A stretch of DNA of 64,000 nt from the NCBI RefSeq assembly GCF_009834535.1, contig NC_045696.1, positions 6,016,001 to 6,080,000 of the forward strand, in the 5' to 3' direction. This DNA is from Camelus ferus (taxonomy: Eukaryota). Position 1 is the stretch's first letter; each line of letters opens with the position of its first letter. Below the pieces are notes generated by a model. That model was not told the DNA's origin. It saw nothing but the letters and a program-made list of their open reading frames with translations, and ran no database searches. Made by a program: the position numbers and the translations under genes. Positions 51,425 to 64,000 of this stretch are shown one piece after another.

Positions 51425-51830
51425 TTGTGCGTTGAACTATGTTCTCCCAGTATTCAAATATCGGAGTCTTAACCTCCATCGCTCATTATGTGACCTTTTT
51501 TGCAGATAGTCTCTGTGAATGTAACTGAGTTAAAATGGGTCATTTGAGTGGGCTCTAGTCTATTATGACTATGTCCTTGTAAAGGGGCAATTGGGACACT
51601 GACACAGAGGGAGGACACTCTGAAGAGACTGGGGCAGGGGGAAGACAGACATTTATAAGGCAAGGAGAGAGGCCTGGGCCACAGGCTCCCTCACCGCCTC
51701 AGAAAAAACCAGAACTGCTGACACCTTGATTTTGGACTTCCAGCTTCCAAAACTGAGAGATAACAATTTTACATTATTTAACCCACCCAATCTGTGGACT
51801 GTGTTACAGTTATCCCAGGAAACTGATTCC
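51425..51830 (+). mobile_element. MLT1A-like MaLR LTR
   Basis: ctgctgacaccttgattttggacttccagcttccaaaactgagaga...tttaacccacccaatctgtgg. Confidence 0.8.
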
Positions 51831-52706
51831 AAAGAGAAGGAAAGAGACCCAGGTCACTGAGCCTTTGATCCCCACTACAAGGCTGACCGCAGAGACATTT
51901 CAGCACTGTGGGCCCCCAAGTCCCTCACAGCCCTGGGCAGGGCTGATTCCTCATCCCCTCTTGTTACAACCTGCCTGCCAATGTGCATGGTTATTGTCCA
52001 GACTCCAGCCCCAGACGCAGCTGAAGCGCTGGGCGCCAAGCCTCCCACTCTGGGTGGAACTTGTATGCTCATCCTCACCATATTTATTCCTGGTTTCCTT
52101 CACTAGAAAGAGGCCCCTACAAAGCATGGAGGGTCTGGCTGTCAGTGATGCGTCTCTTCCCAGTGCCTGACATTTCCTAACTGCTCGTAAATGATGGCTG
52201 GCAGGATGAGTACAAAGATGTGTGAATAAACAATCAACAAACTATTGGAGCCACTTTGTGGGTGTGTTCTGGGGTCCACTCGTAGCTTGGGAAGACAGAA
52301 GCCCCTGCCTGATGCAAATTTGGCCAAACAAAATAGTCTGATTGCTCAGGATCTGAGAATTATTAACAAGATGTTTGGTCCTTAGGATGATGGAAGAATG
52401 GCTTTTTTAAAAAGGGGGTTAGAGTTAGAGTGGAATGGGTTAAAGGACCAAAGAGTGAGGCTGGTAGAAAGAGTTTGAAAGGATCCATTTCATCCTGTGG
52501 GGATGAACTTCTTCCCTATCATGCAGACATTAGACAATTCTTTTCATGTTAAATAAAAAATGCTTAATCTTAACTGGCTCTGAAAGGGTACGACTGGAAA
52601 TTTGGACACTGGATTAGAGACGCAAAAGGAAGAATTTCCCACCCTGCCCCCCATCCTGTCCCAGTTCCACTCTGTCTGTTCTGGGTGAGCTTCTCTGATT
52701 TCTAGA

Positions 52707-54220
52707 ACAGTCCTCAAAGTGAGGTCCAACAACAACATCCTTTCAGGGAGTCCTCACGGTCAAAATGATTTTTATAATAATATTAAAATATAAAATATTT
52801 GCCTTTTTTTCCCTTTTTTTTACTGTGTTGATATTTGCACGGATGATGCAAAATCAAAGAATGGCAAACGCTGGAGCTTCAGCACTAAACTGTACTGGCA
52901 ATTGCTGCATTTTCAATAGGTCCTTGCAGGGAAAAAAATTACAAGTTTCCTTAAAAAATGTCCTTGATGAAGCAGTGAAATCAATTTTATTAGTAAGTGA
53001 ATACACATCTTTTTAGTTTCTGGGTAATAGAATGGAAAGCACACAGAAGTTCTGGTGCTACCAAGGTAGATTGGTTGTCCAGGGAAAAGCAGTTGCATGT
53101 GTGAGTTGCAAGCTAAACTGACCACTTCACCCATGAGCACCGTTTCTACTTGAAAGAGCAACTGACGCATTACATTCACGCGGACTTGTGGATGACGGGT
53201 GTTCCCTCAAAAGTAAAGGAAATGAAAGGTTTTCAAAAAAAAAAACAAGAAAAAAAACTCAGTGTATTTATTTGCTGCTAATCATAAAAATTAAGCTTTC
53301 AAATGGAAATTTGAATTTTTGACAATTTATATCTGCCGCTGTGAGCTTGAGAGCTTGCCAGTAATTTTCTGGTGAGATTGGTGATGATAGTAACTCCTGT
53401 GATAGTTTAATATTGTGTGTTGAAATGTGTCAACATTTTGAAGCAATATTTTCCGATGACTAATGCGTATTACGAAATCACACATGGGTAACAGGCCCAG
53501 TCAAAGTGCAAGACCAATGGAATTTATCAGCAAGTTTATTGATATGATTTCATATGTAACTCCAACTCCAATTACCCTTTAAGAAACTACCATTTGTTAG
53601 TTTGGGTGTAGTATAAAACGATTTCCAGTTACCTGAAACAGCTATTCAATACACTACCCTCTTCCAATTACATATCTGTGTGAGTCCTGATTTTCTCCAA
53701 AAATGTATCACAAGGGACTGAATACAGAGGCCATTGTAAGAATGCAGCTCTCTTCTATTAAACCAGGTATCAAAGAGGTTTGAAAACATGTAAAACAATG
53801 CCATTCTCACATTTTGGGGAAAAAGCTACTTTTCACAAAGATCTTTCTATAGATATGTTATTTCAAAAGTGAATTCCTATTTTAACATTTGTTTTAATTT
53901 CCAATATGGTAAATAAACATTGACCACCAGTGCTGTGCTGGTAAATGTTTAACAACCAGCTCCCCGAGAAGGTACGGTGGGGGAGCCCTGATCTGTAGTG
54001 TTTGCTGATCTCAGTGGTATAAATACTCTCATCCCGACCAAGTTCAAGCTACCAATACGTCACTGATGCAAAGCTGGAAAGACACCTGCTCCATCGGCTC
54101 CCGCCAGCCCACGGGGAGCTGGCCCCAGCTCACCACTGACATGAACCACTGATGGTTTGGGAATCCTTGCTAATTTTGGAGAGTGGAGAGGAAGCCCAGG
54201 AATGGGTTTGAGCACAAGTG
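52707..54220 (+). mobile_element. Charlie1-like hAT DNA transposon (deleted derivative)
   Basis: 5' end ctcaaagtgaggtcc...cctttcagggagtcctcacggtcaaaatgatttttataataata; 3' region aaacatgtaaaacaatgccattctcac. Confidence 0.75.
53927..54138. mobile_element. MER63-like hAT-Blackjack MITE nested in Charlie1
   Basis: TIRs cagtgctgtgctgg ... ccagctcaccactg; internal gtaaatgtttaacaaccagctc. Confidence 0.75.
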
Positions 54221-54629
54221 TCCGAGGACCATCACCCCCACCTCACTTTAGTCGTCTCGGCAATGGCGGAGCTCCACGAGAGCCATGACCCCAGTTACAA
54301 AAGTCCTTGAGCCTCAAATCCTAATGCTCTCCATAGAAACACCCTCAGATCTCTTGTTATCTCCGCCAAACCCTTGGCAAAGACAAGACACCTGAATCTT
54401 TCTATTCTAATCCCTTCCTTAAAGAATTTTTCACTTTAAGGAACACTGTTTCGGAACTCCTTCAGTAAGGGCTCACAGGTGGTTCCAGCTTGGTCCTGAG
54501 TTACGAGGCAGTGGGTGTGTGAAGTTAGTGACAAGGAGATGTGACTCTGAATGACCGAGTGCCACTGAGTGGCGGGCAGTTCTGAGCCCAGCATCCCCAC
54601 TCCACCAAAGAATGAAGACCCTGACAAGG

Positions 54630-56626
54630 AGTTTATATAAACAAAATACTTTATTATTTGAGAAAGAAGCCAAATTACAAAATTTTTATACTTAAGGTCT
54701 GTTCATTACCATGCCAAAAGATTTATCATGGACTGCATTTCCAGAACTCTTGGTTTGAGCCACGTGAAACTGCCAACTCTGTCGATTAAAAAAAGACCAA
54801 CATAAGCAATTTCATGTGGTTCAACCACCTATTAAAACTCTTAAAAATAAGATTTTTTTCAGCAGCAAGATGTTCTCAGGCCCAAGTCTGTTGATGTTAC
54901 AAGCAGATGTCGGAGATATAAACAGGTCTTGCTTGAGAAAAACATCCTGTGCTTAAAGATGCTGGAAACGGTCTTGTGTGGGCACCAAGACCTAGTGGTT
55001 CCCGTAGCGGCTCTGCTGCTCCTACCACCCAAACCCCTGGTCTTACTGCACAAACAAGTCTTCTTTAGAGATGTCACCGCTGGCCCGTGTCCCCTCACGC
55101 TGCTCCTGAAGGCTGTGAACTTGACTCGATCATTTACAAAGTCAGGAGCACACGCTGACCCAGGGATTCCTTTGAAACAATGACAAAAGTCTCCACCATG
55201 ATTAAGACGTTTTCACCTGAAGGACCCCAGTGCCTTCTGGTTCCCATCTGGTCTGCCCTCTCTTCGTCTCTGGCCATTTTGCATTAGAAAAAAATATGGG
55301 AAAAAAATCTCTCTGCCTGCGGATGTTGAACAGAAAGGAGCAGCTAGGTATCCGGAGAGTCCAAGACTCGGCAGGTGAACAGGGTGAGGCAAATCATGCT
55401 TCACTCACGTCCCAGAGTGCCCTCCCCCTGAACCTTCAGCTCTGTACAATACGTTAACTTTACAGGGAGATAAAAATAAATCTTTCTTACAAATTACATT
55501 TGTTTTTTTTCCAGTGAATTGCTTTTGCAGTAAAAATAGCTGCTACACAAATCCCTCCTGATCTCTGAAAAGGAGTCGCTTATTTCCAAAAATAGGATTC
55601 TTATTTTAATCATACAGAATAACTCGGGGCTTGGGGGTGGGGCACGGGAAGGAAATGGCTGGCCGGGGAGGTTAGCGGTTGGGGAAATACAGTTACACTG
55701 AAAAATAAAATAAGTTTCGTGTATAAACTGATTTAAAGGCATGCATAGAAATGGAAAACTTACGCCATTTGTCAAGAAAAATACTGCTTTATAGCTTTTA
55801 CATTACAATTAAAGGAGAAGCAAAGGGGCCGGATGAGACTGCAGATAATAACGTTAAGTTTCTTATAAAAATTCCCAAATGTACAAAGTCCTTGCCATAG
55901 AGAATAACCCAGGCAAAACAAAACAAGATGAAAAACGGGAATCAACCCTTAGACCTTATTCCTGTAGGCCTGTTACATGTAAATAGTACACACTTTACAG
56001 CCTCCCCTGCTCTGCCCTTGGCAGAATCAATGTTTGCAAAACGCCACATGTGCTCTTAAAAAAATGGAATACACACTGGATGTCCACATTCTTCTCTCAC
56101 ATACAATTAGATAATTATTTTAAATTACAATATACAATTTCTGTTAAATAGGACTGTTAGGGGATTTTGACAGCAATTATAAGATTACAGTCATATATAC
56201 AAACTAACTTCTGAAATGGCATGATTGTTTCCTTCCCCTCCTCCCCTCTGAACCAGAGACCTTTTGCATTTGCGATTCCTGGTTGCCAGAGGCAAAAGAA
56301 AAGTCCCAAACCGTGTGTCCACGACACGCTCGCTCTGTGGAGAATTCCCCACCGGCCAAGCGACCCTGTCACAACACAGCCCGCCCGGGGCCAGGCCGGC
56401 TGCCCAGCGTGTCTCTCCCGGCCGTTCTCATGTAACAGCATCCTAAGAGCGTGTTCCTGTCAGCAGCTTGAGAAGCGAGAAACCCTGCTGCTTGCAGCGA
56501 AGAACCGCGGTTTTGGAGGAAATAAGGCCACTGCTTCCTGGAGACGTTCCTGGACGCGTCAATCCCAGCTTTCAGGGTCCCTGGAGCAGCGGGTCAGGAT
56601 GGCCCCACGCACGGCCCCGGGCGGCC
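54630..56626 (-). other. ETS2: ETS2 3' UTR (~2 kb)
   Basis: Largely repeat-free, AU-rich sequence after the stop, ending shortly after AATAAA at 54650-54655; exact cleavage site inferred. Confidence 0.75.
54650..54655 (-). terminator. Distal polyadenylation signal AATAAA of ETS2
   Basis: + strand tttatt; followed on the minus strand by U/GU-rich sequence. Confidence 0.7.
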
Positions 56627-56842
56627 TCAGTCCTCCGTGTCCGGCTGGACGCCCAGGATGGCGTGCAGCTCCTCGGGCGTGAAGCCCAGCAAGTTCTGCA
56701 GGTCGCACACGAAGCGGTACACGTAGCGCTTCCCTGACGTCTTGTGGATGATGTTCTTGTCGTAGTAATAGCGCAAACCCCGGCTCAGCTTCTCGTAGTT
56801 CATCTTGGGCTTGTTTTTCCTCTTTCCCCACCGGCGGGCCAC
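56627..56842 (-). CDS. ETS2: ETS2 last coding exon, C-terminal half of ETS domain to stop
   Basis: [71 protein letters not shown]; the C-terminus GVQPDTED indicates ETS2 rather than ETS1; acceptor tcccccag|GTG; TGA at 56627-56629. Confidence 0.98.
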   Translation of the reverse strand: MARRWGKRKNKPKMNYEKLSRGLRYYYDKNIIHKTSGKRYVYRFVCDLQNLLGFTPEELHAILGVQPDTED

Positions 56843-57680
56843 CTGGGGGATGGATGGAAAAGAGTTCAATTATGTGACAATTAAGAAAAAGTGAATGACG
56901 TTCGCCCCTGACTAGGGTTCTGACGCGTGCTCGCCTGCCAGGACCCAACCATACAAGGACAACAGAGCTGCAGCCGCTTTCAAGCACGTTCCCTGGGCAC
57001 TGCATCCCCCGGCTGCTTGTCTGAGGATGGAGGTGAGGCCTCTCACTCAGAAAAACCTCTGGGAGTCAAGGGTTAGGAATCAGGGGGGTCCCCCCACCTC
57101 CGGGGTTCGCATGTAACCGCCACGTCCACTGGGATTGCAGCCACGTGACACTGTGCAGCCCTTGATGCTTCTGCCCCCGGGAATCAGGGAGGCGACAGAC
57201 CACACTCTACCTGTGCCAGAGACCAAGGTCCTGGAGGGGCTGGTATCAGACCTGCCCGCTGATTTCGCTGGTACAGCTCTGCCAAGCTCAGCTGAGGGGC
57301 ACGGAAGCCCAGCCAGAGGGCTGGCATGGAGCAACTAGCGGCTGAGTCCCCCCAAGGTTAACAGGCAAACTTCCTAAGACACTTTCAGGTGGTCAGGCGA
57401 GGGCCTCGGTTTACAGCTTGCACCTCTGGATTAGACAACAGAGCACGCTGATGAACGAACCCTGCCCGCTGCCCTGTGCTCTACCAGGGGACACCAGACA
57501 CTGTTTATCAGCAAAACAAGACTCCACGTTTCCCCCGACAGTCAGAAATGCCTTGTGTAGAAGTGTTCTCATCTGTGCCCTGGTGAACCCTTTCTTGTGC
57601 CGAGAATTGACTCTGGGAACCCCAAGTGACAAAATCGGGTTTTAGAGCTGGGAGACGGATTTCCTAGGTGCTGGACCTAC

Positions 57681-57799
57681 CTCGTCGGGGTCCGCCAGCT
57701 TAAACTCCCACCCGTCCCCGGTCCAGCTGATGAAGGACTGGCAGGATTTGTCGGAGAGCAATTCCAGGAGAAACTGCCACAACTGGATAGGTCCACTTC
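57681..57799 (-). CDS. ETS2: ETS2 coding exon (exon 9 equivalent), N-terminal half of ETS domain
   Basis: (G)[39 protein letters not shown]; acceptor ccccccag|GA, donor GAG|gtaggt; 119 bp. Confidence 0.97.
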
Positions 57800-59497
57800 C
57801 TGGGGGGAAAGGGGCGGGTTATTTGTTTTTGTAGATTCAAAACATAGCAAAGCTTCCGTCATCCTGCTGAAACAAAGAATGTGAGACCCAGCTCTGGACT
57901 GGGTGCCAAAGTAAGAAGGTGTGACTCTGGGTGCTGGTAACAGCCCTGGATGCTTTAATGGGAGGAGGCCAGACACCCAGGCCAGGGCTTCCTCCACGCC
58001 TCCTACTCCTGGAAAAGAGGTCACGAGGCCCTGGATGGCTGGGTTTGGTATTTCTGGAGAAGAAAATTCTGGGCCACCAACTCTTGGCATCAAAATTCCT
58101 CATCCTGTTTAATTGTTCCTTATGTAATAACTTTCAAGGTTTATTTCTAGAAACACCCCGTGGGACAGCGGTGGGGGCGGCTGAAGGGGCGTTTCAACAC
58201 AGAGTGAGGCATGTCATTCCTGGAATCCTATGATGAGTCTTTCTGCCCGATGATGGTGGGTAAATTACATAATCCAGGACTCGGTTTACTCCACAGGCAT
58301 CTGGGCATCTGGAGCTATGTCCACGGTCTCCCCACCTCTGTCTGGTGACGTACATGCTTTCCAAAGGGCTTTTCGTAAACATTTTTTTGATAATACTTAG
58401 AACCTCTGCCGCTGTGAAGCTGAGTATCACTGTATCAATCTTTTAAAGACGAAGAATCCTGTGTCTCAGCGGCCAGGCGCTCTGCCCTGGGTCATGTGTC
58501 CATCCAAGAGCTGTTCCCCAAGGCTCAAAGGCTGTTTGTCTGAGCTGTGTGACCAGACAGCTGTCTTCCCCTGAGCCCATTTCCCCATCTGTAAAATGGG
58601 TTAATACCACCAGTGCTGGGCCGCCCTCGGGTTTACCCATCACGCCCAGTTAACCACACAGAGCTGTCAGGCAACAAACGGTAACAGATATTAAGATGAA
58701 AAACACCAGCACCACCGCTGTTTACTTTCTTATCAGGCCCTGACTCCCACGTACAAAAATTAACAGCAGTTTTCACAACCTGAGTATTTTAATGCATTTT
58801 CACGGCTCTTTGTTTCACACGGCAGAAAAAACGGATGCTTACGTACTCTCATTGTAACCTATTGGATTTTTTTAAAGTAGGCATTTTTTTAAATCCCCAG
58901 TAGCTCCATATGGTCCAAATATGGAAGGAAAAAAAAAGGCACATTTAAGGACACATGAAGCCATGAAAAAAAATTTCTGCTATTTTTCGCTAAAGTACTG
59001 GAACTATCTGCTTCTAAAAACAGCTTTAATATTTGTCCCTGGCCTAGAATAGCTCTTACCCAAACTTTAAAACTGAGATGGAGTTTTAGAAGCAAGAAAA
59101 GGTAAACAGTCCCTGTGTTGTTTGAGGCTGGCTCCGCTGCCCCTCCCGGGGCCAGTTTACATTCTCTGACATTCCTGGCAGGGGTGAGTCACAGCTGAAC
59201 CTCCAGAGGCCCATGTCCCCTGCTGCTCCTCCTCTCGGGAACGGCCAGGCACATCCCAGGTGAGGAGGCAGCCTGTGGGCTCGTCTCCACGCCAAGGAGC
59301 TCACATTAAAAACCCCTACAAGGTTGGCCTTTTTAGAATTTAGGGACACGGATTGCTTGGAGGAAGGATTACGCCCCACGCACAGAACGCGGGGTGTCCA
59401 CGCGACGTGCACCGACAAGAAACGCCCTTGATAAACACGTGGGCGCGGGGCTGGGCGGGCGCCGGGGAGGGACGGGGACCTGGAGCAGCCCGCTCAC

Positions 59498-59767
59498 CTG
59501 TGAAGCCGGCCAGCACGGCCGCTGGTATGACTGGTTTGCCTTGCTCGGCCGGGTCGCTCCTCTCCTGGATGTAGTCCTTGAAGGACATGGTCGGCTTGTT
59601 GAGGCAGAGGGACTGGCTGCAGTCGTCCTCGAAGCTCTCGAAGGAGGGCACCCGCTGTACGTCCAGCAGGGACGACTGGCTGTTCCAGGACTGCAGCAGC
59701 GACTCCGAGCTCTCGAAGCTGTCGGCACCAGCGCCGTTCTCAGGGGACTCGTGGTCTCCGGGCTTGC
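59498..59767 (-). CDS. ETS2: ETS2 coding exon (exon 8 equivalent)
   Basis: (G)KPGDHESPENGAGADSFESSESLLQSWNSQSSLLDVQRVPSFESFEDDC...GKPVIPAAVLAGFT; acceptor ctgccag|GC, donor ACAG|gtgagc; 270 bp. Confidence 0.96.
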
Positions 59768-60646
59768 CTGGCAGAGACAACCACAGAGTCTGACTCCTCC
59801 AGGGCAACGAGGTGTCCTGCGCCACTGCCGACCAAGGATGACGGCGGTGCCATCACCGCCACCCCGCTTTGGGCGCTCACTGGGCTGGTGCAGAGTCACC
59901 CAGACTGTTCGTGATGCCCTGAAACTGAGCTGCCTGTTCTTGATGACAAATGCACTACATGAGGGCGCCTTCCATCCACAGTAGGACGGGTGTGTCCAAT
60001 CTAGCTCGAGTGGGGTGCTACACAAGGAAAGGGGGCAGCTGGCCGCCGCCTCCAGCAGTGTGCATGGGTCTCAGACACATGGTGAGCAGAAGACAAACAC
60101 AGAAGGGAGCACAGGGTGCGATTCCATTCCTATCAAGTTCAAGAACAGGAAAAACTCTGATGGTGAAAGTCGATGGTATCCCCTTGGAGTGGGGATGCTA
60201 CCGACCGAGAAGGGGTATGAGGGAGCCCTGTGAGGTGCTGGCAACCTCTCTGCCTCAGTCTGGGTGGCTGTTAGACAGGCACGCATACGGGAAAATTCGA
60301 CCTGAGCTTTGCATATGGTATACATGCATCTTTACAAAAAGAGATCTGTTTGTTCCCATGCCGTCTCCCCCGTATCACCGGGGGTGGAGGAATCTGGCTG
60401 CAAGAGCAGGGGCTGCGTCATGTACCTGACACCCCAGTACCCAGACCTGAGCCTGAGGCACATCAGGAATCTGCCCGCTGAGCACCAACTGCCTGTGGCG
60501 GTGACCCAGCGAACGAGCCCTTGATCTCAGTCCAATGGCTGAACACGGGACGGCTGATTAAGAAGCTTGTGTCACAGTCTGACTGTGGCTCCGGGAATCA
60601 GACCAACAACCCGGATAAGAGGAGCGCTTAGAAGCCTGGATCTTAC

Positions 60647-60871
60647 CAGAACTGCTGGAGAGCAGATTCAAGTTGCCGCCCGGGAAGTCCCGGCTGACGG
60701 AGCAGTAGTTGACGCTGACGGTGTTGAGACGAGCCTTGGGGAACATCTGAAAGTCCTGCTCAGGACCAAGCGTGCTGGGCGCGGAGGCTGCCGGACACAG
60801 GCCGTCCAGGAGGCTGCCTTTGGGGTAGTTCTGCGTCTGCATTCCATAGGGCGCCTGCTCCACGCCGAAAC
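60647..60871 (-). CDS. ETS2: ETS2 coding exon (exon 7 equivalent)
   Basis: (G)FGVEQAPYGMQTQNYPKGSLLDGLCP...NLNLLSSSS; acceptor tttccag|GT, donor TCTG|gtaaga; 225 bp. Confidence 0.95.
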
Positions 60872-61459
60872 CTGGAAATGAACCACAGACGGCAGAGCTG
60901 TCAGGTGACCTGAACGGGACCACCTCAGACCCCGCACACCTCAAACCAGACGAAACTCGAGCAGCTCTGCGCACACCAGTCCCCCGCAAGCTCTTGGTGG
61001 AAATGTGAAGGTTTTTCACGGAGTCCTCCTATTCTCAATTTATCTTCTTAGTCAATGAGCCCCTTTCCAAAATGCCTGCAGCCTCAGGACCCCGGGTGCA
61101 ATGCTGCATTGTGAATATTTCTACATCTCTCGTTTACTGACTGCGTCCACGTGAGCCTCACGCTGACAGGGTCACTGGCTCTTTCGGCTCCCGAGGAAAC
61201 TAAGGCTCAGGCAGGCTAAGTGGTCTGCCGTCTAGTATGTGACTCGTAAGGGAACATCTCCAGTGAGCCTGCCCACGCCGGCCGGGGACCACCGTAATCC
61301 ACGCGCACCGGTGCCAACCACCAGAAGGAAGGACCTGAGTTCCCTGACACCTCTCTGAATTCCACAATTCAAAACAAACTTTAGTATTGCTGTCCACACA
61401 CTTCCTGTGCCCGCCACCTTCGTCTGTCACACTGATCTGCCCACAGCAGTCAGCTCACT

Positions 61460-61810
61460 CTGCTTCTTGCTCTATAAATTACCCAGACCACACGAGGCAA
61501 AGGTAATACAGGCCACTGATGCCATGTTAAGTTTTCTCGTAGCCATGTTAAAAAACTAAAAGGAAAACAGGTAAAATTAATTTTAACACTTTACTTGAGC
61601 TAAAAGATTATCCTTTCGATATGTAATCAAAATTTTTTAAATTATTAAGGAGATATTTACACTCCCTGTTCCATACTAAGACTTTCGGATCCGACGGGAG
61701 TGTGTTATATTCTCATCGCACGTGTCACTGTGGACCAGCCACCCTTCAAATGCTCAGTGGTCTGGATTGGGGGGCGGGGAGTGGCCACCATATGGGATGT
61801 AGCACAGGTC
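61460..61810. mobile_element. MER3/MER33-like hAT MITE in ETS2 intron
   Basis: gtagccatgttaaaaaactaaaaggaaaacaggtaaaattaattttaa...agccacccttcaaatgctcagtgg. Confidence 0.65.
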
Positions 61811-61892
61811 TAAACTTTGCCTGTGGACTTTCCGTAAGTCAAACAGGAAGACTTAAAACCAAGCTCTTACGGGCAGAATTAATTGCACTGAC

Positions 61893-61976
61893 CTAACGAA
61901 TTGCTATTAATCCAATGAGGAACTGAGTTGAGGTGTGAATTTTCTTCATACTGATCTTCTGTCTTTTCCTGGTTTT
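61893..61976 (-). CDS. ETS2: ETS2 coding exon (exon 6 equivalent), 84 bp, absent from the ORF track
   Basis: Read by hand: tttttcag|AA AAC CAG GAA AAG ACA GAA GAT CAG TAT ... TCG TTA G|gtcag = (E)NQEKTEDQYEENSHLNSVPHWINSNSL; phase fits neighbouring exons. Confidence 0.95.
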   Translation of the reverse strand, partial: KTRKRQKISMKKIHTSTQFLIGLIAIR

Positions 61977-63528
61977 CTGAAAAAGAGACACAGGACACAT
62001 AAGATTGCAAATCGGGGTTAAAACTAAACAAGAAAAAAGACGTTCCTTTCTGAATCACTGTTCTACGGTTATTTCAGCAAAGTGAAATGCATTTAATGCT
62101 TTACATTTAATCCAACAGTGTTCCATGTAATCATGTTGTTTAAATGCACTAGAGACAGCGACACATTTTTCTAATAACTAGAAAAAGTCTTCCAAAATTA
62201 ATGCTGTCCCTGGCAGAGTGAAATATTCTACATAATTTGAGACACCTAGATGGTGTATTGAATTTATCCACGTGGTCAACAGTTAGATGCTTATCAAGTA
62301 CCCCCTGCCCCAGGGGCTGGAATCCCATAGATTAGTAACACGGACACAGTTCCTGCCCTGGTGAGGTTTATGCTCCTCAGTGTGTCCGGGGCGGAGGGGG
62401 AGCTACAGAAAGAGGCCCACAGCGTCTGAACGGGGACACACGTGCCCGGGAACTTTGAAGGGAAACCAGTTAGCATTCCCTGCATGCGTTTACCTCCTAC
62501 AAACACCCTGAACCCCCACGCCCCTCCCCCAACAAAGCCAGACCCACACAGACTCACACGCCTACAAACGGCAAAACAGGACCAACTGCCAACAAACAGA
62601 TTCCCAAGGAACTTGTCAGATCAGACTTGTCCAAATTCAGGGAAAATTTGAGGGCTTTAAAAGTAAGTTTCCCTGGCCCTCAGAAGCCATAACTAAAGGG
62701 GGCTGGCAGACACCCCCTAGATCTTTTTACGATTCTGAGTCTGTAACAGACGGCGAAACTCAGAGTTTAAAATCAATTAAATGAGGGCCTATTTCCCTGA
62801 ACTCCACTAACAGGCTTATTTTCTTGTATTTTTAACTTGAATGATCCCTCACGATAATGCTTTTCCTGTTTAACTCAATGACTTTTTAATATTGTTCTCA
62901 ACACTCTTTTAAGGTCAAAATCAAGACTTTCTATAGGAGGAAAGTTTTTTGTTTTTTTGTTTTTTGTTTTTTTTTTTTGCTCAAAGGCTAGTTTCTGTAT
63001 GTCAGTGAGTAAATATAGATCAATTACTTCCACATTTGTTTAAAAACAAAACCTAAAGAGAAAACAGGAAGAGAAAAAAGAAATCTTTTTGTTGGATTCC
63101 ATCTGGTCTTAGGAAAATTTACTATAAAATTCACAGCTTATCTGAATAAAGGCTCCCTTTCACAGAGGCTGCCTGATTGCTAAAGGCTCTGTCAGGTGGG
63201 CCCCAAAGCCTGGGCAACCTTGCTGCCTCGCCTCCCCATCTGAGCCACCACATTTGCTTTCGACACATGATGTCTGGTGACAGCGAACAAGTTGGTGACT
63301 AAGGCCACTGCCTTGTGGCTCACACTCCCCCACCCCCCACATGCACTCAAGTGGAATCAAAATCCATCCCCTCTGCCAGGTCGTTGACTCATTCCAGTGG
63401 TGTTTTCAGACGATCTGCCCTCCATCACTTGAAACGCCGACCCTACGGCTATAGAGCACGGCCCCCCACCATCACTGGTCCCTGCCGTGTGCACCTCTCC
63501 CGGGGGAGCCCAGTTGCTCAGTGGGTAC

Positions 63529-63729
63529 CTTTGATCATCTGCTCCAGGTGTTCCCAGAGGATGTCGCCCACAAAGTCGGGTGCCAGCTCCAGAAAGCGCT
63601 CCTTGCCAAGGTTACACAACACCTGGCCGGTCATGCCGAACCTCTGCAGGTTGACGTTCACCAGACTGAATTCGTTGGTGGCCCAGAGAAGCCACTGGCA
63701 CACCTGCTGCTCAGTCCACAGCCAGGGAT
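63529..63729 (-). CDS. ETS2: ETS2 coding exon (human exon 5 equivalent), Pointed/SAM domain
   Basis: Translates [66 protein letters not shown]; acceptor ccggtag|AT, donor AAAG|gtaccc; 201 bp. Upstream exons lie beyond the window. Confidence 0.97.
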
Positions 63730-64000
63730 CTACCGGGGAGGGAAGAAAAGACAGAAGACGTAAGGGGAAGGGGGCAGTGAGACCAGAGGCACTCCTGATT
63801 TACCCACAGAGTCCAGAAGGGCACCAAAGTCCAGGAAAATGAGTGAGAGACCCTGGAAGGTTCTGAGACACTAACAGCAGTGTTTGGCTGGCTGGGTTTG
63901 GAAATAAAAACTGGCCCAGCTAAATGACACCTCTGCCACCCTTTGCAAGATGCTCTGAACAAGCCATCCCAGCCATGGCAGCACAGTGCGTCCATCCAGG

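Noticed and set aside
59369..60429. Long alternative-frame and antisense ORFs over ETS2 exon 8
   Set aside because: By-products of GC-rich coding sequence running into introns.
1..64000. Prokaryote-type systems (CRISPR arrays, operons)
   Set aside because: Sequence is clearly mammalian; no regularly spaced repeat-spacer array seen.

Overview
Mammalian genomic DNA, most likely camelid (alpaca/camel), judged from three Vic-1-like tRNA-derived SINEs. The right end (about 54.6-64 kb) holds the 3' half of ETS2 on the minus strand: six coding exons (PNT to ETS domain) with canonical splice sites in continuous phase, plus a ~2 kb 3' UTR. Downstream is a repeat-rich gene desert (L1, ERV/MaLR LTRs, hAT and Tigger elements, MIR/L2). 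The main unexpected feature is two intronless, highly diverged cTAGE5/MIA2-family retrogene copies in direct orientation, 20,477 bp apart. Copy A (27505-29016) is an intact 503-codon ORF with a perfect Kozak context. It keeps the membrane anchor and second coiled coil but has lost almost the whole proline-rich domain. Copy B (47982-49493) has two frameshifts and a nonsense codon. A ~2.19 kb core is ~98-99% identical between the copies while both flanks show much older homology, suggesting an old duplication homogenised by recent gene conversion. Comparisons with human proteins and repeat-family names are from memory, not database searches.
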